Assembly: GCF_006345805.1 (NCBI RefSeq)
Contig: NC_043003.1
Location: 105,028,001 to 105,092,000 of the forward strand
Reading direction: 5' to 3'
DNA length: 64,000 nucleotides
Origin: Octopus sinensis
Lineage: Eukaryota
Position numbers and translations under genes: made by a program. This document shows, piece by piece, positions 24,170-36,700 of the stretch. The first letter of the stretch is position 1. Each line of letters opens with the position of its first letter. The notes under the pieces were generated by a model. It made no database searches. It saw only the letters and a list, made by a program, of their open reading frames with translations, and was not told where the DNA came from.

Positions 24170-25239
24170 TTAGTTAGTTAGTTAATTTGGCTCAAAAGCA
24201 AATAGCAAGGCCATGTAGGGGGACATGGAGTTAAGTACAGGGTGGTGTTCATGTAAAGAGTTCAGGCCACTTGAGGTCCAGGGAGGCTTTGAACAAAGCG
24301 GTCGTCGGCATCTTCACCATCTCGTCTGGCAGCTTGTTCCACGGATCCGCAACCCGGACGGAGAAGGCTCCTCTCCTTCGATTGAGATGAAATCGTCGCA
24401 GGTAGAGCTTTTCAGAATGACCCCGCAGCCGACGCTCCGGAGCAGGAGTGAAGAACAGCTCTTTCGAGAGGTTACACTTCCCGCTTATGATGTTGTGGGC
24501 GAGAATGAGATCACCACGGCGGCGGCGTTTTTCAAGAGAATAAAGGTCGAGCGTCCTCAGCCTTTCTTCGTAGGACAAATTTTTGAGACCATGAACCATG
24601 CGGGTAGCCAGCCTCTGGACTCTTTCGAGATGCTGTATGTCTTTGAGGAGATAAGGAGAAGAGGCCTGAATCCCATACTCCAATATGGGTCTCACCAGCG
24701 TGACATAGAGTGGTAGGAATATGGCTGCTGTGAGCATTCCGAATGTCCGTCGAATCAAAAACAGAATTCCGCGCGCTTTGTTAGCAGCATGGACGCACTG
24801 GGCCGAAGGCGAAAAGGAGGAATCCACCAAGATACCCAGGTCCTTTACCTGATCGGTCCTCTCCAGCAGCAGACGACCGGGCTCGAAATCAAGTTGAGTT
24901 GCAGGAGTAGAGCCGACAGGCAGATGACAGCACTTTGACACGTTCAGACACAGGTCCCAATCGTTAGACCACTTCCAAATTTGGTGGAGGCATCGACGAA
25001 GATCCTCTATACTACCGCGAGGAGCGACCAGTTTGATATCGTCGGCAAATAGAAGGGTGTGTTGCGTGAGGTCGTCGGGCAAGTCATTTATGAAGACTAA
25101 GAACAACAAGGGCCCAAGCACTGAACCTTGAGGCACGCCACTGCTCGCACTGGAGACGTCGGACCGCGAACCATTAACTTGAACTTGGAAGGAGCGATCT
25201 GAGAGGAAGGCACCAACCCATCGTACAATATCCAGATAG
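24170..25239 (-). mobile_element. 5'-truncated CR1-clade LINE
   Basis: RT ORF plus ~80 nt 3' UTR ending in (CTAA)n tail; empty site tttttag|agagtt reconstructed from the other Helitron copies; TAG at both junctions. Confidence 0.92.
24249..25239 (-). CDS. CR1-type LINE ORF2, reverse transcriptase C-terminal ~330 aa (5'-truncated, no internal stops)
   Basis: SGVPQGSVLGPLLFLVFINDLP, LLFADDIKL (YADD motif), LERVQRLATRMV..LSYEERL..LDLYSLEKRRRRGDLI; ORF-track start at 25253 runs into Helitron DNA and is not a real start. Confidence 0.92.
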
Positions 25240-25474
25240 AGAGTTATAGCCAAAAAATAGCGAAAAAATGCATTAAAAATGGAAAAAAAATTATGGTAAT
25301 TTTTTTTTTAAATCGTAGACTCATCGTAGACGCACGCTAATAGCTAGAAGGGCTCGATATGAATCACGACTATAAGATACCCGGTTTTGGTTAAACTGCA
25401 CCGCAAAATGTGGGAGTAGTTAGGAATCTAAATCGTAGGAGACAGACACACAACTTGACTTTTATATATAAAGA

Positions 25475-25986
25475 CTAGCAGTATCGCCCGGCGTTGCTCG
25501 GATTTGTAAGGGAAATAACTATATAAGCATTTTTAGAGAGTTACTTCCTTTATAGATGCCAATTCGGGCTTTCTTAGCCATTTCTGTTTTGGTGTCTTCA
25601 AGCCATGAAGTCGTTGTTCTAAAAGAACGCTGGTCTCCTTGACAACGCATTACGACGTTGATTTCCTTACACTCCTTCCCCACAGCTTCACGAGGGAGGG
25701 AAGAAGGGGGCGAAGCAAACAGGTGCAGGTGTGACCATGGACGCCAACTCCGCCGCCATCGACACACGAAAAATTATGCATTAAAATGGAATAAAAAATG
25801 ATGTTAAATTATTTTTAAAATCGTAGACTCATCGTAGACGCGCGCTAATACTCAGACGGGCTCGATATGAATCACGACTATAAGATACCCGAATTTGGTT
25901 AAACTGCACCGCAAAATGTGGGAGTAGTTAGGAATCTAAATCGAAGGGGACAGACACTCATACAACTACATTTTATATATATAAAT
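25475..25986 (-). mobile_element. Non-autonomous Helitron (copy 2), head-to-tail with copy 1
   Basis: Its CTAG 3' end (25475-78) directly abuts the TC 5' end of copy 1; same subterminal blocks; diverged 5' end, ~210 bp extra internal segment. Confidence 0.85.
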
Positions 25987-26130
25987 ATCCAAAATTAGGA
26001 AATGGAGTAGATAAAATTCAGGCTACATGCTTTTTATACCTTCTACGCACTGCTCGCAGCTTATTGGCTTCTTACTCCTTTATTCTCGGGTCTTATCTTT
26101 ACACACACACCCACACATACATACTATATA

Positions 26131-26272
26131 TGTTAGACATAAGAAGCATCGGATGTGGCGTGCAAGAGAGGCGTTTGCGTTGGTATGGTCATGTACTGCG
26201 CATGGACGAGGAGAGCCGTGTGAAGAAGTGTCACTCCCAAACAGTGGAAGGAATCCGGAGTAGAAGCCAGTT
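26131..26272 (+). pseudogene. RTE-clade LINE ORF2 C-terminal fragment
   Basis: LDIRSIGCGVQERRLRWYGHVLRMDEESRVKKCHSQTVEG matches the RRLRWxGHVxRM motif of RTE ORF2. Confidence 0.8.
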
Positions 26273-26689
26273 TTCATTTTTCTGGAAGTAATCTTCCATG
26301 TTTTTAAATTAATAGAGCTTCCCTTTCGTGTTTCGAGCATACAATAGCTATCGAGTGTTCCCTTTATCTTTCGAAGTCATTCACTGAGTCACTCAAGTAT
26401 TACGAAGCAAAGAATAAGATCAATATAACTTCCTTCGGCCAATTTATGTTAGCATAAATCATTCTGTAATTTAAAATCACGGGGCTTTTAAATGGACAGT
26501 TAACATGAATTGTCCATTATCAGTTTTAAAATAACCATTGTTATTGATTTAATTTATTGAGTGTGTTGTCTGAACATTTCAAATTAATTTCAAAAATTAG
26601 AATTTAAATGTTTTTTTTCCTAGATGTTATCTTGAAGTCAAAACTATTATTAACGATTTCTTTATTTTCATTAGTATGAATACCATCGT

Positions 26690-26937
26690 GGAGGCGCAAT
26701 GGACCAGTGGTTAGGGCAGCGGACTTGCGATCGGAGGATTGCGGTTTCGATTCCCAGACCGAGCGTTGTATGTGTTTATTGAGTGAAAACACCTGAAAGC
26801 TGCACGAGGCTCCGACAGGGGTTGGTGGTGACCCCTGTTGTACTCTTTCGCCACAACTTTCTCACACTCTTTCTTCCTGTTTCTTGAGTAACGCTGCTGG
26901 GGGAGGGGGGCATACGCCACAGAAACCGGGAAACCTG
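26690..26937 (+). mobile_element. tRNA-derived SINE family C
   Basis: ggaggcgcaatggaccagtggttagggcagcggact...ggtttcgattccc (box A/B); reversed partial copy at 33420-33512. Confidence 0.75.
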
Positions 26938-28589
26938 ATTAGGCTTGAAAAGAAAGAACGACTACCATCATTGGTTCCTCTAGAGTACAATGGGCAGCAA
27001 GTTGGTGCCACTAGTTTCTGTTGGTGGTAGTTTTTTCTGAATCTGGTCATGTGATTTTTGTTGGTTATGAATATTTGGCGCCATCTATTTTTCGGTCTTC
27101 TCAGACATGAGAACATTATTCCAAAATTACTCCATGATGAACCGTATCAGATAAATCTAACTGGTTGGTAACAGCTCAAAGTTAACCCATAAAGCGCTGG
27201 GGTTTTTTACTTGCACAGCATGGACTGCTGAGCACATTTTATGAAAATGAGACTACCATGCACACATAAAAAACAAAAAAGTAGTTAAAATATCTTCTTA
27301 GTATATAATGGTGGCATGTTTTACATCATCAGAAAAGTCACTAGTTGAACTATTAGTCCTCTTGCATTCTGGGGGGTATCGGAGCATTTAAGTGACATTA
27401 GACCCCCAACAAACGTCCATAAATTAAATGCATCTATCTTGGCCACGATCGCGGCCTGTGTCGATCTGAGCCTGACAGCCACGATTGTGGCCCGTTGTAC
27501 TTTATGTGTTAGTTTTAGTTTTGAGGAAAGAAATAGTCCAATCGTTGGATGCAGTTTCGTCTATGTTGAGGCTATGGGCCTACCAAGAGTTAATGCATAG
27601 CTGTGTGGTTAAGAAGCTCGGTTTGTTCCCCTAAACCCTTTGAAGCAGTGTCCCAGAATGGCCGCAGTTCAAATTACTGTAGCAAGTAACAGTTAAAAGA
27701 CATAGGACATTGAAAATTAATTACTTATGCCTCGGTACCTTCACTATAGTAAGAGGCGAACTGTTTCAGCTGGTATTTTCGCTTTTGAGGTACGCTCACA
27801 TCTCAACTAGTTGTTGTCCCACCTACACATGAGAGTAAAAAAAGAGAATGCATCACTGCTTCGAATTGAGATTCAATCTAAATTTACTCTGTTGTCTCTC
27901 TCTTTCTCTTTCTTATTATTTTCCCCTTCTCACAAAGAATATCATAGCACAAGTAACAGAGTAAGAAGATAGACAACAATAAGGAACCGGATATATCTTT
28001 TAGAATATGATAAAAAAGAAAAAAAAGGTTTGTTATCAGAAAAAGCAAAAGCACTGAAAAGTCGTGTTAGATGAGATATCAGTAAGGGAGAGAAAATAAG
28101 AAAATAAAAAACTGTTGGCATTTGGGAATAAATATATTTTGGCAGGAAAAACAAACGAGCAACAACAGAAATAAACCGAACCGCAAATGAAAACCCCAGA
28201 AATGCAAGAGAAATAGTAAGGAGTAAAATATGTACCCTTGTCAAGGATTTGTTGTTAAATCTAAGATCAGATGATGATGATAGGGAACAACGATATATAG
28301 TAACAAACTGGCAACCTAGAAACATACATTCATAAACAGAAGAATTACAGAATACAAAGAGCCACGTTGAATAATATTCAACAGCGAATCAGGCCATAAT
28401 ATTGTGAGTGACATGCAGTGAATCTCACATTACATCAGAAAGGTGAGGTTCATTACATGATATAAACGCCAAACTGAAAGCGATGCAAAGGTCACATTCG
28501 TAATATCAAATGTTATTTGATCTACTCAAATCAAGTGAATCAACACGTAAAATATTTCTTGCAAACATAAAATATTTATTTCTTTATTG

Positions 28590-29522
28590 CCCACGGGGGC
28601 GGGGGAGGCTAAACATGGAGGAGACAAACAAGGACAGACAAAGGGATTAAGTCCCCAGTGCATAACTGGTACTTATTTAATCGACCCCAAAAGGATGAAA
28701 GGCAAAGTCAACCTCGGTGGAATTTGAACTCAGAACATAACAGCAGACGAAAAGCCGCTAAGCATTTCGCCAGGTGTACTAACGATTCTTTTCTACTTTT
28801 GGGGAAGTGGCCAGTCGATTAGGTCGACCCTAGTACACAACTGATACTTAATTTATCGACCCCGAAAGGATGAAAGGCAAAGTCGACCTCGGCAGAATTT
28901 GAACTCAGAACGTAGCGGCAGACGAAATACCTATTTCTTTACTACCCACAAGGGGCTAAACACAGAAAGGACAAAGAAGGACAGACAAACGGATTAAGTC
29001 GATTATATCGACCCCAGTGCGTAACTGGTACTTATTTAATCGACTCCGAAAGGATGAAAGGCAAAGTCAACCTCGGTGGAATTTGAACTCAGAACGTAAC
29101 AGCAGACGAAAAACCGCTAAGCATTTCGCCAGGTGTACTTATGATACTTTTCTACTTTTGGGGAAGTGGCCAGTTGATTAGGTCGACTCCAGTACACAAC
29201 TGGTACTTAATTTATCGACCCCGAAAGGATGAAAGGCAAAGTCGACCTCGGCAGAATTTGAACTCAGAACGTAGCGGCAGACGAAATACCTATTTCTTTA
29301 CTACCCACAAGGGGCTAAACACAGAAATGACAAAGAAGGACAGACAAACGGATTAAGTCGATTATATCGACCCCAGAGCGTAACTGGTACTTATTTAATC
29401 GACCCCGAAAGGATGAAAGGCAAAGTCGACCTCGGCGGAATTTGAACTCAGAACGTAGCCGCAGACGAAAAACCGCTAAGCATTTCGCCCGGCGTGCTAA
29501 CGATTCTGCCAGCTCACCGCCC
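28590..29522 (-). mobile_element. SINE family B multimeric array with higher-order duplication
   Basis: Junction gaaatacctatttc at 28924 and 29283 (359 bp period); head gtgctaacgattctgccagctcaccgcc at ~29494-29521. Confidence 0.85.
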
Positions 29523-30282
29523 TGCAAACATAAAATGTTGTAAAGAAAAAAAAAAAGGAAGGAAAATAAAAATGTGATATAATATATTTTAGTAGATAAG
29601 TGTTATTCACTTGGACTACTATAATGGACTGATATTATTTCACAGACCTCTATTCCGAGTTCAAATTCTACCGGGGTCAACTTTGCCTTTCATCCTTTCT
29701 AGTTGAGTACTGGGGTCGATGTGATCGACTTTCTCCCTCCCCACAAAATCTAGGCCGTCTGCCTATAGTTGAAAGGATTATTTCACAGACCTTTGACAGC
29801 CCACAAGTGTTACGTGTAGCATTGGAGGGCAGGCACCCTAGGCGAGGAGGCCAGTGAGGACCGTAAAAGGGACAAATTGCCGTGGTTGATAAAATTAAGG
29901 TGTTTTCCAACTTCCTTCTTCGCTATGGTCTTGGATCATAGCGAAGAAGGAAGAATCATGTAGATGCCAACGGCAATGTGGGGGAATGGGACCAAAATAT
30001 TTCTCTGTCATTGGAAGAGGAGCGAACTGGTTTTGGCCTGTTTGAGAAAATGTGTTACAGAGCAAAGCTTCATTTCAGTTTCTAAGCAAACGAAGCAAAT
30101 ACTCTCTACATAGACGTATATCTGTCTATCGTGAGGGACTTTTCCAGAAGATGGAATTGAACCCGTATGGCAAACGTTTAGAACACTCATAGCGGCAAGT
30201 TGATCCTAGCAAGTAGCTCATATCGGTTAGTAAGGTGAACTCAACCATTTGAGAATAAAGCCTCTTGGCCTTAGACTAGTAT

Positions 30283-30515
30283 GGAGGTTCGTGGCTTAAT
30301 GGTTGGGGTGTTGGATTGTAAGATTGTGGTTTCAATACCTGCACCGGGCGACGCATTGTATTCTTGAGCAAAACACTTCATTTTCACGTTGCTCCTGTCC
30401 ACTCAGCTGGCAAAAATAAGTAATTCGATGACCGACCGGCGCCCCTTCCAGGTGGGGAATTTATACGCCACGGCAACTGGGAAATCAGCCTTTAGGAGTC
30501 AGCATGACTTAGCTT
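30283..30515 (+). mobile_element. tRNA-derived CORE-like SINE family D
   Basis: ggaggttcgtggcttaatggtt...ggtttcaatacc head followed by ttcttgagcaaaacacttcatttt...ccactcagctggcaaaaataagta. Confidence 0.6.
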
Positions 30516-30639
30516 TACCTTAGACCAGTGACTACAAAAAACTGAGCCACGGCACAGATATTGGTAAGTATAGGATAAAGCTAATCATATGATATTTTCT
30601 AAGTATAAAAAAATACGAGCAGAAATTCTAAGTATAATC

Positions 30640-31896
30640 CTTTCTATTATAGGAACAAGGCCCGAAATTTGCGAGGAGGGAGCAAGTCGATCACAACGAC
30701 ATCAGTGTGTAACTGGTACTTATTTAATCGAGCCCAAAAGGATGAAAAGCAACGTCAACCTCAGCGTAATTCGAACTCAGAATATACCTATTTCTTTACT
30801 ACCCACAAGGGGCTAAACACAGAGAGGACAAACAAGGACAGACAAACGGATTAAGTCGATTATATCGACCCAAGTGCGTAACTGGTACTTAATTTATCGA
30901 CCCCGAAAGGATGGAAAGCAATGTCAACCTCGGCGTAATTCGAACTCAGAACTTACCAGCAGACGAAATACCTGTGTGGCTTCATGCAGGCATAGCAATG
31001 ATTCGATCCTCAATTACCAAATTTCACTTAACAGTACAACGTACTTTTCCCATTGAAGTTGACAGCAGTTACATTTGCCAGATGCCTTCGCTAAGCAGAA
31101 TTATGTCTTTGCCAGTTGACCCCTGCTAGCTTTTGTATGCGGTGGAGAGTTAAATTGACAGAACAATAGACCTCCCAAAATACCCATTGTTTGGATAACG
31201 GTATGTCTCTCTCTTTCTCACAATCTGGAGATAATTATGTATACGGAAGATTCCCAAGCAAACCAGAAAAAAAAAACTATATATTATCATCAATTTTGAA
31301 TTTAATTCTAATTCATTGTAATTCGTTTAATTCACTTTTCGATTTCATTGTATTCAATTTTTAACCCGACTAACTAATGTATAACCCCAGTCCCTAAATG
31401 TTTTTGTTTTGTCCATGTGCTGTCCCCTTTATATTAGCCATGTATTGGCAAATAAAGAAATTAGTGAGGACAGAGTCTGGCTGACCGGCTGAACAAAACG
31501 CCGTCTCTAAAGGAAAATGCACAAAGGGACAACTATGGTAACTCAACTACGAAGCAGTTGTTTCGTCCCACCACTCTCACTTTCACTAACTCACTTTCTT
31601 TTCTCTGTAACATTAACATATCTCTCTCTATATATACTACAACGAGATCGTGTACACACATACCTATTTCTTTATTACCCACAAGGGGCTAAACATAGAG
31701 GGGACAAACAAGGACAGACATAGGTATTAAGTCGATTACATCGACCCCAGTGCGTAATTGGTACTTAATTTATAGACCCCGAAAGGATGAAAGGCAAAGT
31801 CAACCTCGGCGGAATTTGAACTCACAACGTAACGACAGACGAAATACCGCTAAGCATTTCATCCGGCGTGCTAACGTTTCTGCCAGCTCACCGCCT
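30640..31896 (-). mobile_element. Further SINE family B copies (30640-30965 dimer; 31668-31896 monomer)
   Basis: Same body and linker (ctatttctttactacccacaaggggctaaac) as the other arrays. Confidence 0.75.
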
Positions 31897-32325
31897 TTCG
31901 TGTACGCACATACCGGCCGAAATTGACTCTTTTCACTTCGCATGCTTTTCCATTTACTAGTTATGCATACCAACCAGTCGTGGTTTGGGGTAACGGTAAA
32001 CAAATATCTCTTTACAACATCAATCACTGTTCTTCCTTCAGCTTACAAATGGCAAACAACGAATACCATTACCGTTACATACCGTTAAGCATTTCATCTG
32101 GCGTGCGGCAAGACCTCCTCTTGCCCCCCCCCCTTTTTTCCTACACAAAACCCTGTTTTTGATTAACAGAGAGTACGAATCTGCAGAAAAATTGGCAAAA
32201 AATGGCATTTTGAAATTACACCCCCAATTCTTCCTTTTTAACTTTTTTCAGAAATTTTCTTTTTTTAAATATGCAGAAAAATACGGAGATTATGATTCTA
32301 AAAAAATTTCCAGAAATTTTTCTAC

Positions 32326-32392
32326 TTAGGGTTACGGTTAGGTTTAGGGTTACTGTTAGGGTTCGGGTTTTACGGTTACGGTTAGGCTTACG
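32326..32392 (+). repeat. Degenerate TTAGGG-like hexamer array (interstitial)
   Basis: ttaggg ttacgg ttaggt ttaggg ttactg ttaggg ttcggg ... ttacgg ttaggc ttacgg. Confidence 0.8.
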
Positions 32393-32984
32393 GAAAAAAG
32401 TGAAAAATGAAGAAACTGGGCAGAGTGAGGGGAAGGACTAGAAATTTCATAATTCCAAGTATTGGCAATTTTCCAGAATCTTCATATCCGAAAACATGGG
32501 TTTTTGGAAAAAAAAAAAAAAAATTTGTGACAAAATGTGGGGCGGGGTGGGAAGACGTCTTTCCTGGCGTGCTAATGATTCTGCCAGCTCGTCACCTTGA
32601 AATTCTAAATATAATACTGAACTTTGATATTTATAATGATAATGGAAACTAGGCTTCATTTAGTTGTTAAAGAATTAAGTACTAAAGAATTTTATGTAGT
32701 CTAAATATAATCTGAAAAGATAAATACCATTTTTTAAATATTTTATTACTTTATACACAAAAATGCACCAAAATATTATTATTTGCTTTGAAATTTATCG
32801 CAAGTAAAAACTGGAACCATTAGCAGTGGTTCTCAGTGGTTCTCAGCTGGGTTCCATAAGGTCCTTGGTGGGTTAACATTTGATTTTGTTGCTAAAATAT
32901 ATGTGCAATAAGTTGATTACAAATTGGTTCTACAATACACAAAATATTAAAAATTTTTTATACAATTTCTTATAATATAGGGCA

Positions 32985-33135
32985 GGAGTGACTGTGTGGT
33001 AAGGAGCTTGCTTACCAACCACATAGTTCAGGGTTCAGTCCCACTACGTGGCACCTTGGGCAAGTGTTTTCTAATATAGCCTCGGGCCGACCAAAGCCTT
33101 GTGAGTGGATTTGGTAGACAGAAACTGAAAGAAGC

Positions 33136-33175
<40 letters not shown>

Positions 33176-33380
33176 TGTGTGTGTGTGTGTGTTTGTCCCC
33201 CCCCCAAATCGCTTGACAACCGATGCTGGTGTGTTTACGTCCCCGTGGCTTAGCGGTTCGGCAAGAGAGGCCAATAGAATAAGTACTAGGCTTACAAAGA
33301 ATAAGTCCTGAGGTTTATTTGTTCGACTAAAGGCAGTGCTCCAGCATGGCCACAGTCAAATGACTAAAAAGAATAAAAGA
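32985..33380 (+). mobile_element. SINE family A, full length
   Basis: Head gggcaggagtgactgtgtggtaagg, internal (TA)n(TG)n, 3' tail gtcaaatgactaaaaagaataaaaga; other copies at about 35110-35545, 40335-40730, 49120-49310, 50385-50790, 56805-57315, 62135-62560 (all -). Confidence 0.85.
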
Positions 33381-33742
33381 ATATTTGATAATAAAAACAC
33401 AATAGGATTTGTTTTCACTCTATAAACACTCACAACGCCCAGTCTGAGAATCAAAACCGTGATCCTACGACTGCGAGTCCGCTGCCCTAACCACTGGGCC
33501 ATTGCACCTCCACACGGATTCATTTATATGTGAGTGGTGTGTGTGTGTGTGTGCGCCCACGCACGCACACTTGTACCATACAAGTTCACTGGTAAAAAAT
33601 GTTTGTAATGAAAACATCTGTTATAAGGGTTTCACTTTTGTTCGTTTACAAATTGTGGCAGTTGACTTTTGAGTGTGCATGCTTGTGTGTTGTCTATGCT
33701 GGTGATTTTGTGTAAGAGTATTCTGTGGCAGCGTTTGATAAT

Positions 33743-33777
<35 letters not shown>

Positions 33778-36700
33778 GAAATGTAAGACATCAGGATCAA
33801 CGAGGGAGTTGCCAAAGTGGTGATGAGATCATTCATGAATTCATTAATTAATTCTCAACAGATTGCATTAATCAAGCGATAATATTTGTTATAACTAATT
33901 TGTTGCATTTGTTGGCATTTTTAACCCTCCGCTTCTGCTGGGTATCATATGTTATAGTGAAGGCGCATGGCTTAGTGGTTATTTGGCTCATGACCGTAAG
34001 GGTTAGGGTTAGGTTACTCTGTCATGCCAATCTGCAGCATAACCAGTCAAAGCCCTAAATAAAATCATGTGAGATAACCTTTTACCCAGCCTTGCTGAAC
34101 CTATCTTTCCTTGTAAAAACCCAGCTACTCCTCATCTCGAAGTTTTTGGTTCCAGACCTTCTAAGGTCTAGCCACTAACCACACAAGACACAACCAGTTC
34201 CAGCAACAATGCCAGAAGCCCAGGTTTCAATACAGCACTGTTCGTGAATTACTTCACCAGGGATCAACAGCAAATATACAACCTCTGAGCCAGACGACAA
34301 CACCCTCCCAACAGTATTATGGCAATCTCTTTCTTCGTCGCCACCATCTTCTTCTTAACAACATCTCTATGTACACAGCTCAACCAGCAACTAGCACAGG
34401 TTCCAACACAACACTGTTTGTGAATGACTTCACCATAGTCAACAGCAAATATACGACCTGCGAGAACTCCTGTACAAGTGACCCAGGCAGCAGCATTACA
34501 GCCACAACTTTGTACGACACGTACCGCAACCAGCTCTGCATCATCGCCACAACTTCTTGATACAGTATTTCTCTCACCGTGTACAAATGACCACGAACTG
34601 GTATTTCTCATTCTTGTGTCAATGAACATTTGTCTGACATCTCATTTTAGACTCTTTCAATTTCTTCCTCTTCATTGGTCTTATATGTACTTAACGCACA
34701 CACAGACACACATACACTTTGTTCCCATGACGACCAGTCTACTATTCTATATACATGACACACACAGACACCTATATTAACCTATCAATAAAATCCCTCT
34801 CAAACATTCTACTCGGTTGTGTGTGTCTCTCTTGTTTTCCAACTGGCACATTACATGCATTATTCCAGCCTTCTGACCTGAGTCGTTATTAGATGGTCAC
34901 CCCACACATCACCTCAACCACCTATAAACTTATGAAAATGCTTTGGACAGGCAAAGGGCGAAATAAAGAAATAAAAAATATTTTTAAGCAAAGCGTGAGC
35001 CCCTTTTTTCCCATCATAAGAACATGATTGCAGCATCTTACTGGAAATAATATTGCTTCCATTGATAAATTATGTTGTATTCTTTGGACTCGACACAGGC
35101 CGAGTTTTGCAACGGCTCTGAGTATATCTTTTTGCTTGTTTCAGTCATTGGACAGTGGCCAAGCTGGAGCACCACCCTGAAGTGTTTATTCAGACAAATC
35201 GACCCCAGTACTTATTTTTTTAAATTTGGTATTTATTTCATCAGTCTTTCTTTTGCCGAACTGCTAAGTTACGGTGGATATAAACAAACCAACACCGGTT
35301 ATCAAGTGGTGATGAGACAGCACAAACACAAAGACACACTCATTTAAACACACACTCATTTAAATACACACATATGTACACATATATTTGCAATTGCCTT
35401 CCACACCGTTTCAGTCTAGCAAATCCACCCACAAGGCATTGGTCGGCCTGCAGCTGTAGTAGGAGATTCTTGCCCAGGGTCTGCGCTGTGGGGCTGAACC
35501 CAAAACCACATGGTTGCAAAGTGAGCTTCTTAACCACACAGCTATGTTGAGTATCGATAAGTTTGGTTGCTGCAAGGTATTGAGTAAGAAACTGATAGTT
35601 CAAGCAACAGAGAGTCATGATATATCGACTGTGTCGGTGACAGAATAATATTGGTACGTATTTTATTGATAGAGAGAGACGGAAGGCGAAGTTAGTTCTG
35701 ACACTATTGAATACCGTAAGATCGCAAATGTGAGCAAGTTAATCCAAAACTCTACCGGTTCTATAAAGTAGACATTATCAGACACTGGAAACATGAAAGA
35801 AAAATTTTATATTATTGAGATTTATATTCGACACTCAAACCTTTCGCAACTTTGAGGCTACCATTATGACTTACCAGAATTATGAACCATCTTGATCAAT
35901 TTCTCATTATTATTTATTAAATTAGGATTCTGATCAATTATCAACTTCATGTGTGCAAAGGAACAGATATATTCAATTGCTTAGATCTCAGCTTCAAAGG
36001 CGGATTACTAAAAATAATGGAAGCATTTGTGTATGCTTGAGTGCCACTGCTTAGTTCTAGTTTCATTATGTAAATCGGATGGGAGTAGTAAAAATCTTAT
36101 CTTTGATAGAAACTTACATAGAATGAAATACTCTCCTTCAGAAGACTACGAGTTATCCACAACAGTTATCTGATACTATATCCAATTCAATGTTTCCGCC
36201 CTTACTAATATATTTTATGCTTTTCATAGATATACTAGTATACCCGTGAAGTAAATAATGAGTAAAAATACTAGTATACCCATGAAGTAAAAAATGACAA
36301 TGCATAGCATAGATACTTTAAGCCCATAGTCGGTCTCTTGTAAACACTATACTTACTGTTTAGACTAATCTGTTTTCCAGACATGTGTGCCCCTTTCCCA
36401 TTTCTTGGATGTTAGGTTAACATTATTTTGTTGAATGATAACTTTAGATGGATCCAATTTCAGAGACACGTCCAACATTAGCGCAGTAGTTAGCCTTTGT
36501 TAAAACTACAATGTAGAGTTGAATAAATTTTCTTTTGTCTTCTTAAAGGCACATTAGAAATGCGATAGGCTTCTCAATACACCTCTAAAACAAAAAGGAT
36601 CTCAACTTTGTAGTTCAGCTTTTTGAGCATCCTGGGAAGCAAACAAAAGTGCCAAGTTGAAACATTTAATGCTGTTCTAAAAATTGGAATAACAAGGATA

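Larger units (their letters stand above)
24108..25474 (-). mobile_element. Non-autonomous Helitron (copy 1 of tandem), interrupted by CR1 LINE
   Basis: Minus strand begins TCTTTATATATAAAAG (25474) and ends cccgagcaacgccggg-cgatactg-CTAG|T (24108); co-linear with intact copy at 55522-55920. Confidence 0.9.

Noticed and set aside
24225-24716. 163-aa plus-strand ORF
   Set aside because: It is the antisense shadow of the CR1 RT frame, with no independent protein features
26690-26765. tRNA gene (also 33420-33512 and SINE A/B heads)
   Set aside because: Box A/B are present, but the sequence continues into a repeated SINE body and I could not close a proper acceptor stem
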